The notes under the pieces are model-generated. The model saw only the letters and a program-made list of their open reading frames with translations, did not search any database and was not told the origin of the DNA. Shown here piece by piece: positions 21,588 to 32,356 of a DNA stretch of 32,356 bases. Made by a program: the position numbers and the translations under genes. Position 1 is the stretch's first letter. Each line of letters opens with the position of its first letter. The stretch is from contig ADNK01002868.1 of assembly GCA_000320545.1 (NCBI GenBank), forward strand, positions 1-32,356, read 5' to 3'. The DNA is from Bigelowiella natans CCMP2755. Lineage: Eukaryota > Protista > Cercozoa.

Positions 21588-23411
21588 GCAGGTGCGATGT
21601 GCAAAGCACGTGTGGTGTCGTGAAAGACATTGAACTTCTCCTTTCCTCTGACAGTGCTAGCTAGGCAGTGATGGCAGAGCAGGCAGGTGCTGGAGATTCA
21701 GGGATGACGTGCAATCTGTGAAGCAGACTGTCAGATGTGCACGTGAATGCCAATTTGAAACACACGAAACACACAGTTGCAGCAGAAACGTGCATGTGCA
21801 TGTGCATGAGACGGGTGATGTGAAGTGATCAAATCTCTTCAATGACCACAGCCATTCTGATCACAGCACCACGTCGTGGTGGACGCAACATCGAATTCAC
21901 ACCGGTTTCGCAAACACTGCATCGTCTGATTGTCTCTGCACCACCAATTTGTCACTTTTGTCTTGACATGCCACCAAATTGTTGATCTTTCTGTCTGGCT
22001 TTGCAGCAAAATGACAACTGCCATGATGCCTTTTTTTTTGCAGAGCATTGAAAGTTCATGGTGGTGCACACGCACGCGCTCCAATGCCTCTCAACGACAT
22101 TGACAATGAATGACAACAATGTGGTGCGTCACGAACGACAATCAAACGTGTGCAAATGAATTGCACCCATCTAGCCATCGTCCAAAGAAGTGAGCTGTGC
22201 AACGTGCACTGAGTTGACAACGGACAAGCAGCCCCCATTCCCTCTGATCCTGAGCAATGGCGACTTTGCAATGTGCCAGCACCACGAATTTTCATTTTTT
22301 TTTCACGCGGACTTCGACATTCGCTTCTCCTGCGCCTGCGCAGCTTGAAAATTTGGGGGACTTGTGCAAGCATTTTTTCATCACGTGAAACGAGAGTTCC
22401 CGCCACACTTTCATGAAAATTCAATTTGTCTTGGCTCTCTCAATTTTCAAAGCTTGCCAGCTTGTTTCATTCCGCAAAGATGGACAATCAGCAGATGCAG
22501 AGCAAGCGAATGCCGAAGCCCGCATGAAAAAAGAGCTGAAAATGAACGCGTTTGATTTTTCATGGAAAGTCGTTTTCTGCAAAAATGGGGCCTGCTGATC
22601 CATCATCAACTCACTTCTTCATCAGGACCAGCCAACAATGGCGACACAGCAATGTGGGCGTGTGCAACACACTGTCGTGCATCACACTGCACGTCCATCA
22701 CGAGATGACAACACCACATGCAGTGCATGTGTGTGACATCACGTTGTCCACAATCGAGTGCTCTGCCTCGCAACTTCACACGCAGACTGACTCGTGTGCT
22801 GCACGTTCAACAACGTCAATCCACTCACTTCGATCCAACCCAAAACGACCCAAGACGTGATTTGTTCTCTCTCAATGTCAATCGCAGCCATGGATCGATC
22901 GTGAACGATGTTCGATTGACGCTGGCCAAAGTGGCTTCGGAACGAGGCGAACTTCAAACGTGTCGAATCGAAAACTGCGAAGAAGGTGGGAAAGATTGCA
23001 CAAAAGTGGAGAGCACGATTCAAAACGCTGTTGATGATGGAGCAAGTTTGTGACTTCAAGCCGCTTGTTGTCGGAAGGTTGGCACCAGATCGTCGTTTGA
23101 CACTTGGAATTGCAAGCTTGAGGTGTTCAGGCACACAGAAAAGGCCGTCGCAACGTGAATTTTCAGCGTTGCGTGATTGATCGGTCATGTCTGCAGCTTG
23201 AGCTGCAGCGTCATGCAACAACTCAACACGATGCACCTGAAATCATGTTCAGTGACTACATCCGTTGATTCTTGCACGTCGTGCATGCAGAACCCCCCAC
23301 ATGAGCGTGGGGGTGGGTTCACAGGACCCGCAGATCGTGCGATCACATGGCCAAGTCAGACATCAGTGAATTGGGGGAACCGCTAGACCGCCCCCAATTC
23401 TCTGCAACTAG
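21588..23411. other. Near TpA-free intergenic block, probably a degenerate mobile element or repeat DNA
   Basis: Only 3 TA dinucleotides between 21588 and ~23256 by manual read, all within CTAG (21657, 21661, 22171). CpG is common. Confidence 0.88.
22283..22550. repeat. Imperfect ~55-bp inverted repeat pair around a ~150-bp spacer (MITE-like)
   Basis: ttttttcacgcggacttcgacattcgctt (left arm) vs reverse complement of the right arm ttttttcatgcgggcttcggcattcgctt. Confidence 0.6.
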
Positions 23412-23412
23412 T
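23368..23412 (+). mobile_element. Possible Helitron-like 3' terminus (hairpin plus CTAG|T)
   Basis: Perfect 10-bp stem GAATTGGGGG...CCCCCAATTC (23368-23400), then 7 nt, then CTAG (23408-23411) followed by T. No Rep/helicase ORF seen. Confidence 0.3.
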
Positions 23413-24639
23413 TCACAGTACGTTGTCGCACGTCCAAAGTCGCGAATGGTTGCTAGTGGCCTGAAGTGCGCATCGGAGAATTGCAGTTTCCAACTGCAAG
23501 ACTTCACTGCACTTCGTTTTACTTCAATTTGATGTCCCACTGCGTGCACCTGCATGCACACATTGTGCACTTTGGTGCACACGTGCACCATCACAGGAAA
23601 ATCCAACACAAAGACGCACGGCGTGTAGGTTCACACACGACGAGATGCACACGTGTGCATTCACGTTCTTACGAAGGCTATCACAGACATACAACACGAT
23701 ATGTGTGATGCACATCACATCACTGTGTCTCATCACAGACATGCAATGCGACGCATGTGATACATGTCACATCACTGTGTCTATTATGGCTGCTGCTTCA
23801 GGTTTTTGGATCTCAGCACACTCTAGCACTCGCCATCGTCCTTCTCATCATCACTTCACTGGTTTTCTGTCCTAGATGAAGCACTTGCACCATGAAGTGT
23901 GCTCGGAGTAGCCAGTGATTTCGGTGCAGCTCTAGGAGTATCTTCTGTTTCCATTTCATGGACGTGTGTTGTCATCCATTGTTCATTGTTCATTGTTCTC
24001 CCACAATGCCATGCTCTCTTGTTGAAAGGCTTCACTTGCTTCTTGTTTCATTGTGCCTCTCTCTTGTACAGCCCGATGTATGACGGCAAATTTTGAACCC
24101 AGATGTAACAATGCAGTTCCAATGATTGGAAAAGTCTAATCTTGAAGTTGCGCGTGCGATGCAGCGGTGCACATTTGCTCCTAAAGTGCAATGTGAAGTG
24201 AGAAGTGTGTGCCACTCAAGCTAGTTGTGCTGTTGCTGTTAAAATTTATTTAAAGCTGTGGTACTTCTTACAACTTACGATGACACGTTAACAGTACAAT
24301 TGCAATGTGATTTTGTGCACCATTGAACAAAGTCGAGACTGTCAATGACAAATGCGGCAACTGAGGATTCAATGACGTATCGCTTAGAATGATGTGCTAT
24401 GCCGACATGTCAAAGCTCGTATTAGTTTTTCAACTCATAATAATAGGATAACGTACGACATGCGTCTCAAACGCCATTTTATTCCATGTCATCGTTTGTC
24501 GCAAAGTAACTAGCACTCCTGCAACAATTCGAATATCAATTTCAGATCCGTACTATCTGAATATATAGCATTTAAATGCCTTGAATTGCATGAAAAAGTA
24601 AGGTTGATTTGCATTATAAAGTATGCAACTCGTACCTCT

Positions 24640-26270
24640 CTAGATGGAACACATGTTGATGAGTATGGGCGAATTTGTCTCGGGATCAATCGAGCACGAG
24701 TGACAACCACCAAATAGCGAAAACTTATAAAAGCCTTCAAGACATATGCCATAGAATCTAATATACAGGAAAGGAGGACACACTATGAGAACTCTTATCA
24801 CTTTGGAAAGTAAATAATAGTAATAGTTCATGGGATATATGTAACGTATACCATATCTAAACATGATCCTCGAAAAATATGAGATTTTGTACACACTCAT
24901 ACAAACACACACGCACGCACACATATGCTCACGTGTCATTAAAAAATCTTACCCTCGAGCACAGATTATCGAGTCCCCGTTACATGTCAGCCCTTCTGCA
25001 ACCACCGCCGGCAATTGTATGGTAGGGCTTGCGGTTGGGTTCTAATGAGAGTATATTTAACCAGCAAAAGCGTAAAATATAGACATACAAATCGAAACAG
25101 ATGAGAAAGAAGGGGAGAAACAAGACCCAGTTTATATGAAGTTCAACACTTCTTCCTCTCATCTACCAGCCTCGTTTGGTACCTTTGTTGGCATCGATGT
25201 CGAAGGACTTGTCGTTACGGGTGACTCGGATGAAGGGAACCTCGTGGAGGGAGAGTCCGAAGTTGGACATCGAGTAGGATCGCGCGTAGATGTAGGATTG
25301 CGAGACGGCGACGAAGTAGCAGGAGAGCTGGTAGTCGGGCTAAGAGACGGGCCGTCCGTTACAGGGCTGCATGATGGTGATTGCGTAGTCTAAGAAATAC
25401 AGCGTGCAAATTGAATACGCAACGGTTTAGTAATTTCGCAATGCCGCGAAGGTAACTGGTAGAGACGAGATTTAAATATCACATCAGCGCGCTAAAAACG
25501 CAACATGGATCTTAAAACGGAGGAAAACAGTGCTGCGGTCTTGTGACTTACTGCCGCTGCTACTACCGGGTTTTGCGAGGACGGAGACACGGACGGGCAA
25601 TGCGTTGAAGGCGACGCTGTCACAGGGCTCTGGGATGGAGTCGCAGTTATAGGAGAGAGCGAGGAGGGGAATGCTGTACTTGGAGTACTAGAAGGCCAAG
25701 GCGTGTGAGGCGATGAAGTAGTAGGCCTTTTTGACGGACTGATCGTTTTCGGGCTTGATGAGGGGGACATCGTTGGCGAGCCCGTTTCCGGACTAGTTGA
25801 GGGGATTGCAGTTGTAGGCGATAGCGAAGGCGAGGTGGAGGGCATGGAGGACGGAGAAGCCGTGCAGCTGCAATTGCATTGAGGGGGGGGAGAGAGCGAT
25901 GGGGAGGCCGAGACGGTGCGAGGCAGCTTTGCGGGAGAAGCTGTGATGAGCGACGTTGTTGGCGACTTTGTGAGAGGCGACAGTGTTGACCCTCCGGGGT
26001 TAGGGAGGGGTGAGGGCCTTGTTGTAGGAGTGCCTAAGGGAGGGGGAATGGAAACGGCTGATAGACACCGTTGATCATTGTCGCATACCTGTAATTTATG
26101 AATAAAACAACTCGAGCGCATGAATATCGTGTAAGCTTAAAGGCTCTCTCCACCCCTCCCCTCACTTTCTAAGTTGCCGTTCATGTATGAACTAATTAAA
26201 GGTTGAATTTGACTTCTTCCTTGGTGAAAAACTCAAACAGCTGAATACAATGACGCACGCACTCACACAT

Positions 26271-26316
<46 letters not shown>

Positions 26317-26318
26317 CA

Positions 26319-26349
<31 letters not shown>

Positions 26350-27313
26350 GCGCGCGCACAAGGACGCTCACACAGACGCACCTCCTCCCGCAGCATTCTC
26401 GATAGCAGCTGCACCTCACCAAAGCGCCCTGGCTCCTCCGCCACGTTCACGTTTTCCGCAATATCAACGCTGTGGTCGTACATCTCCCGTCCGTAGTAGG
26501 CCGAAAAATTCGCTCCGTCCAAGTTGTACTCTACATACTCCGTGTATCTTGCCAAGATAGTGCGTTTTTGTATCAGCGTATCAGCAGCAGCTCAAACCCC
26601 CTCTCCACCTTTTCCCTCCCCGACGACTATTCTCCCCGCCTTCGCTACTACTACTCGAATAACCATTGACTGACATGGAAAGAACTAACGATGTTTGGCA
26701 TCCTACCTGAGCTCCTTGCCAGTGCGGCGAGTAATAATGCTATAGCCCATCACACAGCACTCTCGTAAGCACTTGTGCGCGTTGTTGGGGAGACGCTCCG
26801 TGCGCTTCGCTCTTCTGCATTCCGGCTTCAACCTGCTGACTTGTGTGAGAGCATATTCTCGCACGGGAGACGTCGGGCGTGTTATCAAGCTCCTAAGGGA
26901 CTTTCCTAGAGAATATGGGCGCGGATACTGTTTAAGGATGACTATGTAGAAAAAAATAGCTAATGGTGTTGTATTTGAGGACATATCTCCTTTCCTCAAT
27001 CGACTTTCCAAAGACCAAACATGCAAAATTCGCAAGTATAGACCGCCTAAGCTTGCGCGTTTCTAATCACCTTCAGAACAGAGCTTGGCCCTCCGTTTGT
27101 CGGATTTCTGCACGGGGCACTTCTCGATTTCGCTTCCAAGAGCGAGATGGGAGAGGGTAGGCATCACGTCTAGCAGCTCGACGTATTCGTTCGTCAAAAC
27201 CCCATCGTCAGTGTGACCAGGAACCCGCATCATCATCGGGACGCGAGCTACTAGCTCGTACGGCTTTGATTTTCCCTGATTTGCAAGTGTCAAGAAGATA
27301 AATACAATTTTTA

Positions 27314-27363
<50 letters not shown>

Positions 27364-27633
27364 CGTGTATATGTGTGTGCGTGTGTGTGTGTAATTAAAC
27401 TAAAATGTACGATAGGCTTGATTTTTTACGATCAACTGTAAAGGGACACTTGCACATTTCAAACTGTGTTTCTTGAACTAATTCCTACCCAAACTCCGTG
27501 CTCTCCCAGCATGTATCCGTGATCTTTCACATCAAAAGCAGAGTAACTTAGCGTTCAGCTAGCGAGGACATGTCTTCTACATTTTCCCAATATTCGTCGA
27601 GATTCGCATGGAAGTTGTCGCTGGATTTTTCGG

Positions 27634-27679
<46 letters not shown>

Positions 27680-29255
27680 TAATGCTATGGTGTTTCGCTG
27701 TGATGATTGAGCGATAGAGCACAGAAAGAAAATGATGCAGGAGAATATGCATCATGGAAGTCCAACTGCAAATGATGAAATATTTCTCGAAACCAAGACG
27801 CATCGTGTAAGTTAACCACTTCAAGCAGAGAACTCATGCACGGTGGCAATTCCGCCTCTAAACATGTGTATAAGTGCGTTTTGAGTCCTTTGTCTTATAT
27901 TCATCCATCAGAGAAGGCTGCATACCGGAGATAACAGCGATGATTGTGTCCTTCTCTTTGCCAGAGGACTCGATTGCGTCTACAACTCTCCCCACCTAAG
28001 TCGTTATGAGCACACGCTCATCGTATTTCTTGCATGAATTCGAGAGTCACGACAAACGGTTCTTTCCTGAATAAACATCTCCAACGAGAAAGGGCTTTTC
28101 AATCATGCGTGCGCGTGGCGAGCATCTTCAATTCTCATACTTACTTTTCCTTTGTGTCAGCAAAACATGATTACAAACCTGCTCGTCGATGAAACTGATA
28201 CACGCATAGTAGGCTTGCCGTAGCCCAATCGTGTGCCTTCTCGGCATGAGGCCGCTGCCTCGGCTTTGCGAGTTGTAGTTCAGAAAATCCCATTTTCCAA
28301 GGCTCGAGTCCCATGCAAACTCCGGCTGGTTGAGAGGCCAATGCTGATTGTTAGGGAGGTTGACACTCTCCTTCGGGTAAAAGGCCTGGTAGCGCTGCGG
28401 GTACAACAAGGGCGTGTGCGGGAGGTAGAACCCCGCTGCGATGAAGAAGCTCCGGCTATCGTTTCTCACTCGTTCGATTGCACGGACAACTTCTCCTGCC
28501 GTCTCGAAGTCTGGGAGAGGGTCTCGCCGCTCCTCCTTGGGCTTGATCGCCTGGTACGTGGTGCCGTTAGTGCCCTGCCACCCCCGAGTGTACTTTCTCT
28601 TGTGAGGGGGGATGTAGTAGAACTGACTGTCGCTCCAGGACCTCCTGCGATCGAACCCCCCCGAGGCCGAGAAGGTGTGGAATATCTTCCCAAAGCCTTC
28701 GGTGTGGTAGCCCCGCTCTCGGAACATCTGGGGGAGGGTGGTGAAGTCTCCGGTGAGCTCCCGCCAGTACTCGTCCCCGTGGACCCTCGTCGTATCCACC
28801 TTCCGGCTGGTGAGAAAGCTTGCGCGCGATGGCCCACACCGGGCGCCTTGGCAGTAGGCTCTGTTGAATACGATCGATCTAGCTGCGAGGGCGTCTAGAT
28901 TAGGTGTCCGGATGCCCCCTTCAGGAAGAAGAGCGCCCGGGGGCGGGTTGAAAACGCGCAAGTCGTCGATGACGATGAGAACGATATTCTTCTGGTGCTG
29001 GAGGCCGTTTGCATTCGCCAGGAGCTTCGGTGAAGCGGCTCGATGGCGAGCCGGTCCGGAGGCCAAGGACGGCTTCGACGGCTCTTCATGGATATCCGTT
29101 GGGTCTCTTGCGACCAGTTTTATACTGAAGAAGCAGAGCCAGATGCCAAACAAAAGGCCGATGATGACAACTTTGGAGCCCCTGCTTCTGAGGTGCGCCC
29201 CGATCGCCATTCTTCTTTCGGCCGCTACCCGAGTTGTGTCCTCGTTGGTACCCAT
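24640..29255 (-). CDS. Formylglycine-dependent sulfatase (iduronate-2-sulfatase-like) with N-terminal hydrophobic anchor, P/S/T-rich stalk and Cys-rich tail; ~10 exons
   Basis: KNIVLIVIDDLR, TPNLDALA, catalytic CGPSRAS (CxPxR), GYHTEGFGKIFH, FFIAAGFYLPHTP, QAYYACISFIDEQ|VG, S|DHGYMLGEHGVW|GK, RVPMMMRVPG, VELLDVMPTL. Exons 29255-28179, 27995-27926, 27523-27489, 27275-27071, 26905-26707, 26547-26382, 26088-25567, 25389-~25167, 25041-24984 and 24757-24640 join in phase. Confidence 0.92.
26260..26360. repeat. (CA)n/(CG)n intronic microsatellite
   Basis: Directly visible. Further (TA)n, (TG)n, (CT)n and (GA)n tracts near 27317-27391, 27640-27677, 30517-30549, 30616-30642, 31309-31346 and 31920-31975. 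Confidence 0.95.
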
Positions 29256-30068
29256 CGCGTGGAATGCAATGTTGATAGTGTGTATCTTCTTGGAGAGGGG
29301 AAGTAGCTTTGGAGGAGGGAGGGGATATGAGATCTGCCAGGAGCGTTTGGAGAGCACGCTCTGTCACTTAGAGAAATCATTTGTTCTCAACAAAAACATC
29401 AGGAAAACCACTGGAAATATTTCTTACGACAAAGTCAAAACTATGTCGTCTCAGTAAAAACGGTTTTGTTTTCCCTGGAGAAAATCTCTGCTTGCCAAAT
29501 GATCCCGTTGCCGTTTATGCATGAGAGAGTGGGAGTCGAAGGTAAATCTTTGGAAAACACAGGCTGTTTTTCTCGGCGCGTGCAGAGCTCGAGCGGAGCA
29601 TGTGCGAAGCACTGTGTAGGAAACACCAAAGGATCATCGGACCGATGAACCAATTCGAATTTGCATTCGTTTTCAGAGAAGCCTAATATTTTGGTCTAGC
29701 GACATGGAATGAGAAAAAGGTTTTGCCATTCCATCGATGCTTTAACTGATCAAGAAGGCAGAAATGCTTCTTAAAAAAAGGGGGGGAAAGTCCTGATCAT
29801 CTGTTCAAGTCGTAAGTACGAGGCAGCAGGATTATTTTCTTACGCGACAAAGTTCTGCAGCGAATATTTCGGGAGAAATCATTTTGTAAAATCACAGGAT
29901 GATTTTGCACAAAGACAAGAATATGAGCGCCAGCAGAAAGCAAAATGGAAAGGAGCACGTGCCGGCCCCGGGTTCGTGCCCGGTCTCGGGCTCGCCCACC
30001 CGATCGAAGGGTTAGGGATAATGAGAAAATGATTTGTCCGCTCCTTAACAGATACTCTGATTCAGGAA

Positions 30069-30512
30069 ATGAGGACGATCCACATTGGAATTTTCCTTGG
30101 CATCGCTTTGATGTTCTTCAAGCAATGTGGGGGGAGGCGTGGCAAAGACCTGCCGATCATCGGGTGTGTTATTCTGCGATGTAGGAAATCCCCCCACCCC
30201 TCTCTAACAATACGACCATTATCTTTTAGAACAAATGCAAGGATCGGAGAGATGGACGATTCCGAGGAGTATAAATGGAGGGAAAATTTCGTTCAGCAAC
30301 TTGACAAATTCTGGACTGCACGCACAGGAGTCGGGGCGGCTAAGGTGACGTGGAGAGGAAGTAGAAGGCAACGAATGCATGAGCTACGGAGTTGAGCAAT
30401 CGAGTTGCAAATTTTCTTTATCTTATGTGCACAATTTTTTTAAAATTTTCTTTGTGGTTATTCAAGTGCACGTATTCGTAACAACCCTCTCAATGCATAT
30501 TAACTTGTGTGT

Positions 30513-30551
<39 letters not shown>

Positions 30552-30612
30552 TTATCTACCTCTCTTTTCTCTACGCGGGCGTGCTCGCCTGTGTCTGCTT
30601 GTACGTGTAATT

Positions 30613-30647
<35 letters not shown>

Positions 30648-31305
30648 TAGGATGAGGCAGAAAGATGGCTGAAAATGAATGCCAATGCTCGTAACCAAAG
30701 AAACATAACCATTGATGACGTTTCATCTACCACTCAAGACGACGATCGTCTCGGAGAGGTAATTTGTTGCGCAACGACCCCATTCTTCAGGCCCCCTCCA
30801 TTTGCCCCCCCCATTTGCATGGACGGCTTGTCAAACATCGCGTGTGGGGAAGATCGGGAGAGCGGCTTTCAGCGGCTATATTCGGAGGATCCCCTTTTCG
30901 GGGGGGGGGAAACGTGTTTTTGACGGATTTGTCCTTTCTAGATATTATATATACATATATATTTATATATATGTATATCGTTCTGCGATGCAATCGTGAT
31001 CCCTCTTCCGGGATGTGCATGGTTTATACAAGGTCTACTTCTCGAAAGACGAGGAGCCTACCAGCGACGTAGAGGCTGCGGTCGCTGGAGAAGCAGGCAA
31101 GCGCAAGACAATGAGCGGAGAGAACGGTATTTAGAAGAGAGATGAAACTGGAGTAGTATCTGGAAATCTATGTAGCCAATGGCCTTACTGCAAGTGAACG
31201 ATGGATGACGATGGCAGTATAGATGATTTCCAGTGTATATTTCCGCTCTTGTTAGTCCTCCTCTCATTATGGTGGCTGATATCTGTTAATAATATGTATG
31301 TGATG

Positions 31306-31353
<48 letters not shown>

Positions 31354-31903
31354 CTGATATATTCGTTGACCCCACTCTGTTATGCTTGATTTCAACGAGC
31401 AAGCTAAGTTCTGATAACTACGTGGTAGGCCATGGAGGTGGGGGGGGAGACGCCGGCCGCGGGGTCGGCAGCAGCTGGGGAGAAGCGATCGTCGCGTTTG
31501 GACAAATACCTGTACGTGATAGGCTAATCAACCGTTTGTGTAACACTACGACGCACTTACACGCACACACACACGCACACATAAAGAGAGAGAAAGAGAG
31601 AGAGAGAGAATAAGTACGAGATTTTCCCTCTCTCGCCCCCCCCCCCCCCCCCCTTTCTCTTTCTTTGAATTCAGATATGACAAAAAGCGAAACGCCAAAG
31701 CACAAAACAAGACTAAAATAGTAGCCGACGACATCGTAAAGGACTACGGAGACGACGATGTAGACTCGCAGCAAAGCGAGGAGGGGGGGGGAGACGGAAC
31801 TCGCTCTGTTTTCTCCAAATTTGCAGATCTGAGAGAGGAGATCAGTGCAGCTGGAAGGACGGCAAGGACAGCACTCTGGCAGCATCAGGCCATCAGGAAT
31901 TAG
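30069..31903 (+). CDS. Hypothetical protein with a signal-peptide-like N-terminus, multi-exon
   Basis: MRTIHIGIFLGIALMFFKQCGG start. Phase-compatible exon candidates: ...WRENFVQQLDKFWTARTGVGAAK|DEAERWLKMN...RLGE|, |VYFSKDEEPTSDVEAAVAGEAGKRK, |AMEVGGETPAAG...LDKYL|YDKKRNAK...QHQAIRN* (stop 31901-31903). The middle junctions are uncertain. Confidence 0.55.
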
Positions 31904-31919
31904 GTAGATGCGCCACTTC

Positions 31920-31978
<59 letters not shown>

Positions 31979-32025
31979 TGTATGCGCCACGCTACCATAG
32001 GTTTTCTTTCAAATACTGTAAATAA

Positions 32026-32356
32026 CTAACTGCGTGCTCTAGTCGCAGAATCGCAACCCCTCCCCCCCCGTTCTGAGCACTGACTACTCGTTGTATTCTT
32101 TGCATCAACAGAGCTCTCATCGAAGTTGAAGGATTTGGGAAGTAACCCGATCATCATCATCATTATCGTCGTCATCATCACCATAGTTACCATCACCATC
32201 ATCACCATCATCAACATCATTATTATCATCATTACCATCGTCGTCGTCCTCTTTATCAGCATAAGCAGCATCACCGCCATCACCTTCCCCCACCCCCCTG
32301 CAGGCCGTTACCCCCACCCAACAATTGCTTGTCTTGTCCAGAAGCTAGCGAAGTAT
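32026..32356 (-). CDS. Possible 3' end of a gene entering from the right edge, with an Asp/Asn-rich low-complexity segment
   Basis: Minus-strand (GAT)n-rich segment followed by LLPKSFNFDESSVDAKNTT...; frame ambiguous. Confidence 0.25.

Noticed and set aside
21588-23411. CpG-deamination or fungal RIP as the cause of the TG/CA excess
   Set aside because: CpG remains frequent and TpA is lost rather than gained, the opposite of RIP.
21657-24096. Many overlapping ORFs rich in His/Cys/Met/Gln on both strands (also at 8916-9514)
   Set aside because: Expected by-product of losing TAA/TAG stops and TAY codons. No recognisable domains.
28233-29457. Long plus-strand ORFs opposite the sulfatase first exon
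   Set aside because: Antisense shadows of GC-rich coding sequence.
30252-30923. ARID-domain resemblance (ENFVQQLDKFW...RLYSE...FGG)
   Set aside because: The motifs are not joined by a convincing splice path, an unrelated exon intervenes, and the N-terminus looks like a signal peptide.

Overview
Eukaryotic, intron-rich nuclear DNA with GT-AG introns and abundant (TA)n/(CA)n/(GA)n microsatellites. The style suggests a protist or alga, but the taxon cannot be fixed from sequence alone. Genes reconstructed by hand: a C2H2-finger/ankyrin protein (+, ~2.4-5.75 kb), a 4-exon Sel1-repeat protein (-, 7297-8571), a class I-like PI3-kinase (-, 10476 to ~18 kb), a 13-exon ankyrin gene in which each repeat is its own 99-nt phase-1 exon (+, 18755-21486), an iduronate-2-sulfatase-like sulfatase with a mucin-like stalk (-, 24640-29255) and a hypothetical secreted protein (+, ~30069-31903). 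Two signals stand out. (1) Kilobase-scale intergenic blocks (~8.9-10.2 kb and ~21.6-23.4 kb; partial at ~6-7.2 and 23.4-24.3 kb) have lost almost every TpA except inside CTAG, while TG/CA is in excess and CpG, AA/TT and AT persist. This suggests a regional TpA->TpG/CpA ('reverse-RIP') mutational process acting on repeat-derived DNA. (2) The one-exon-one-ankyrin array has a near-invariant framework and hypervariable binding-surface codons, like a natural DARPin library. All counts are manual reads and need computational confirmation.
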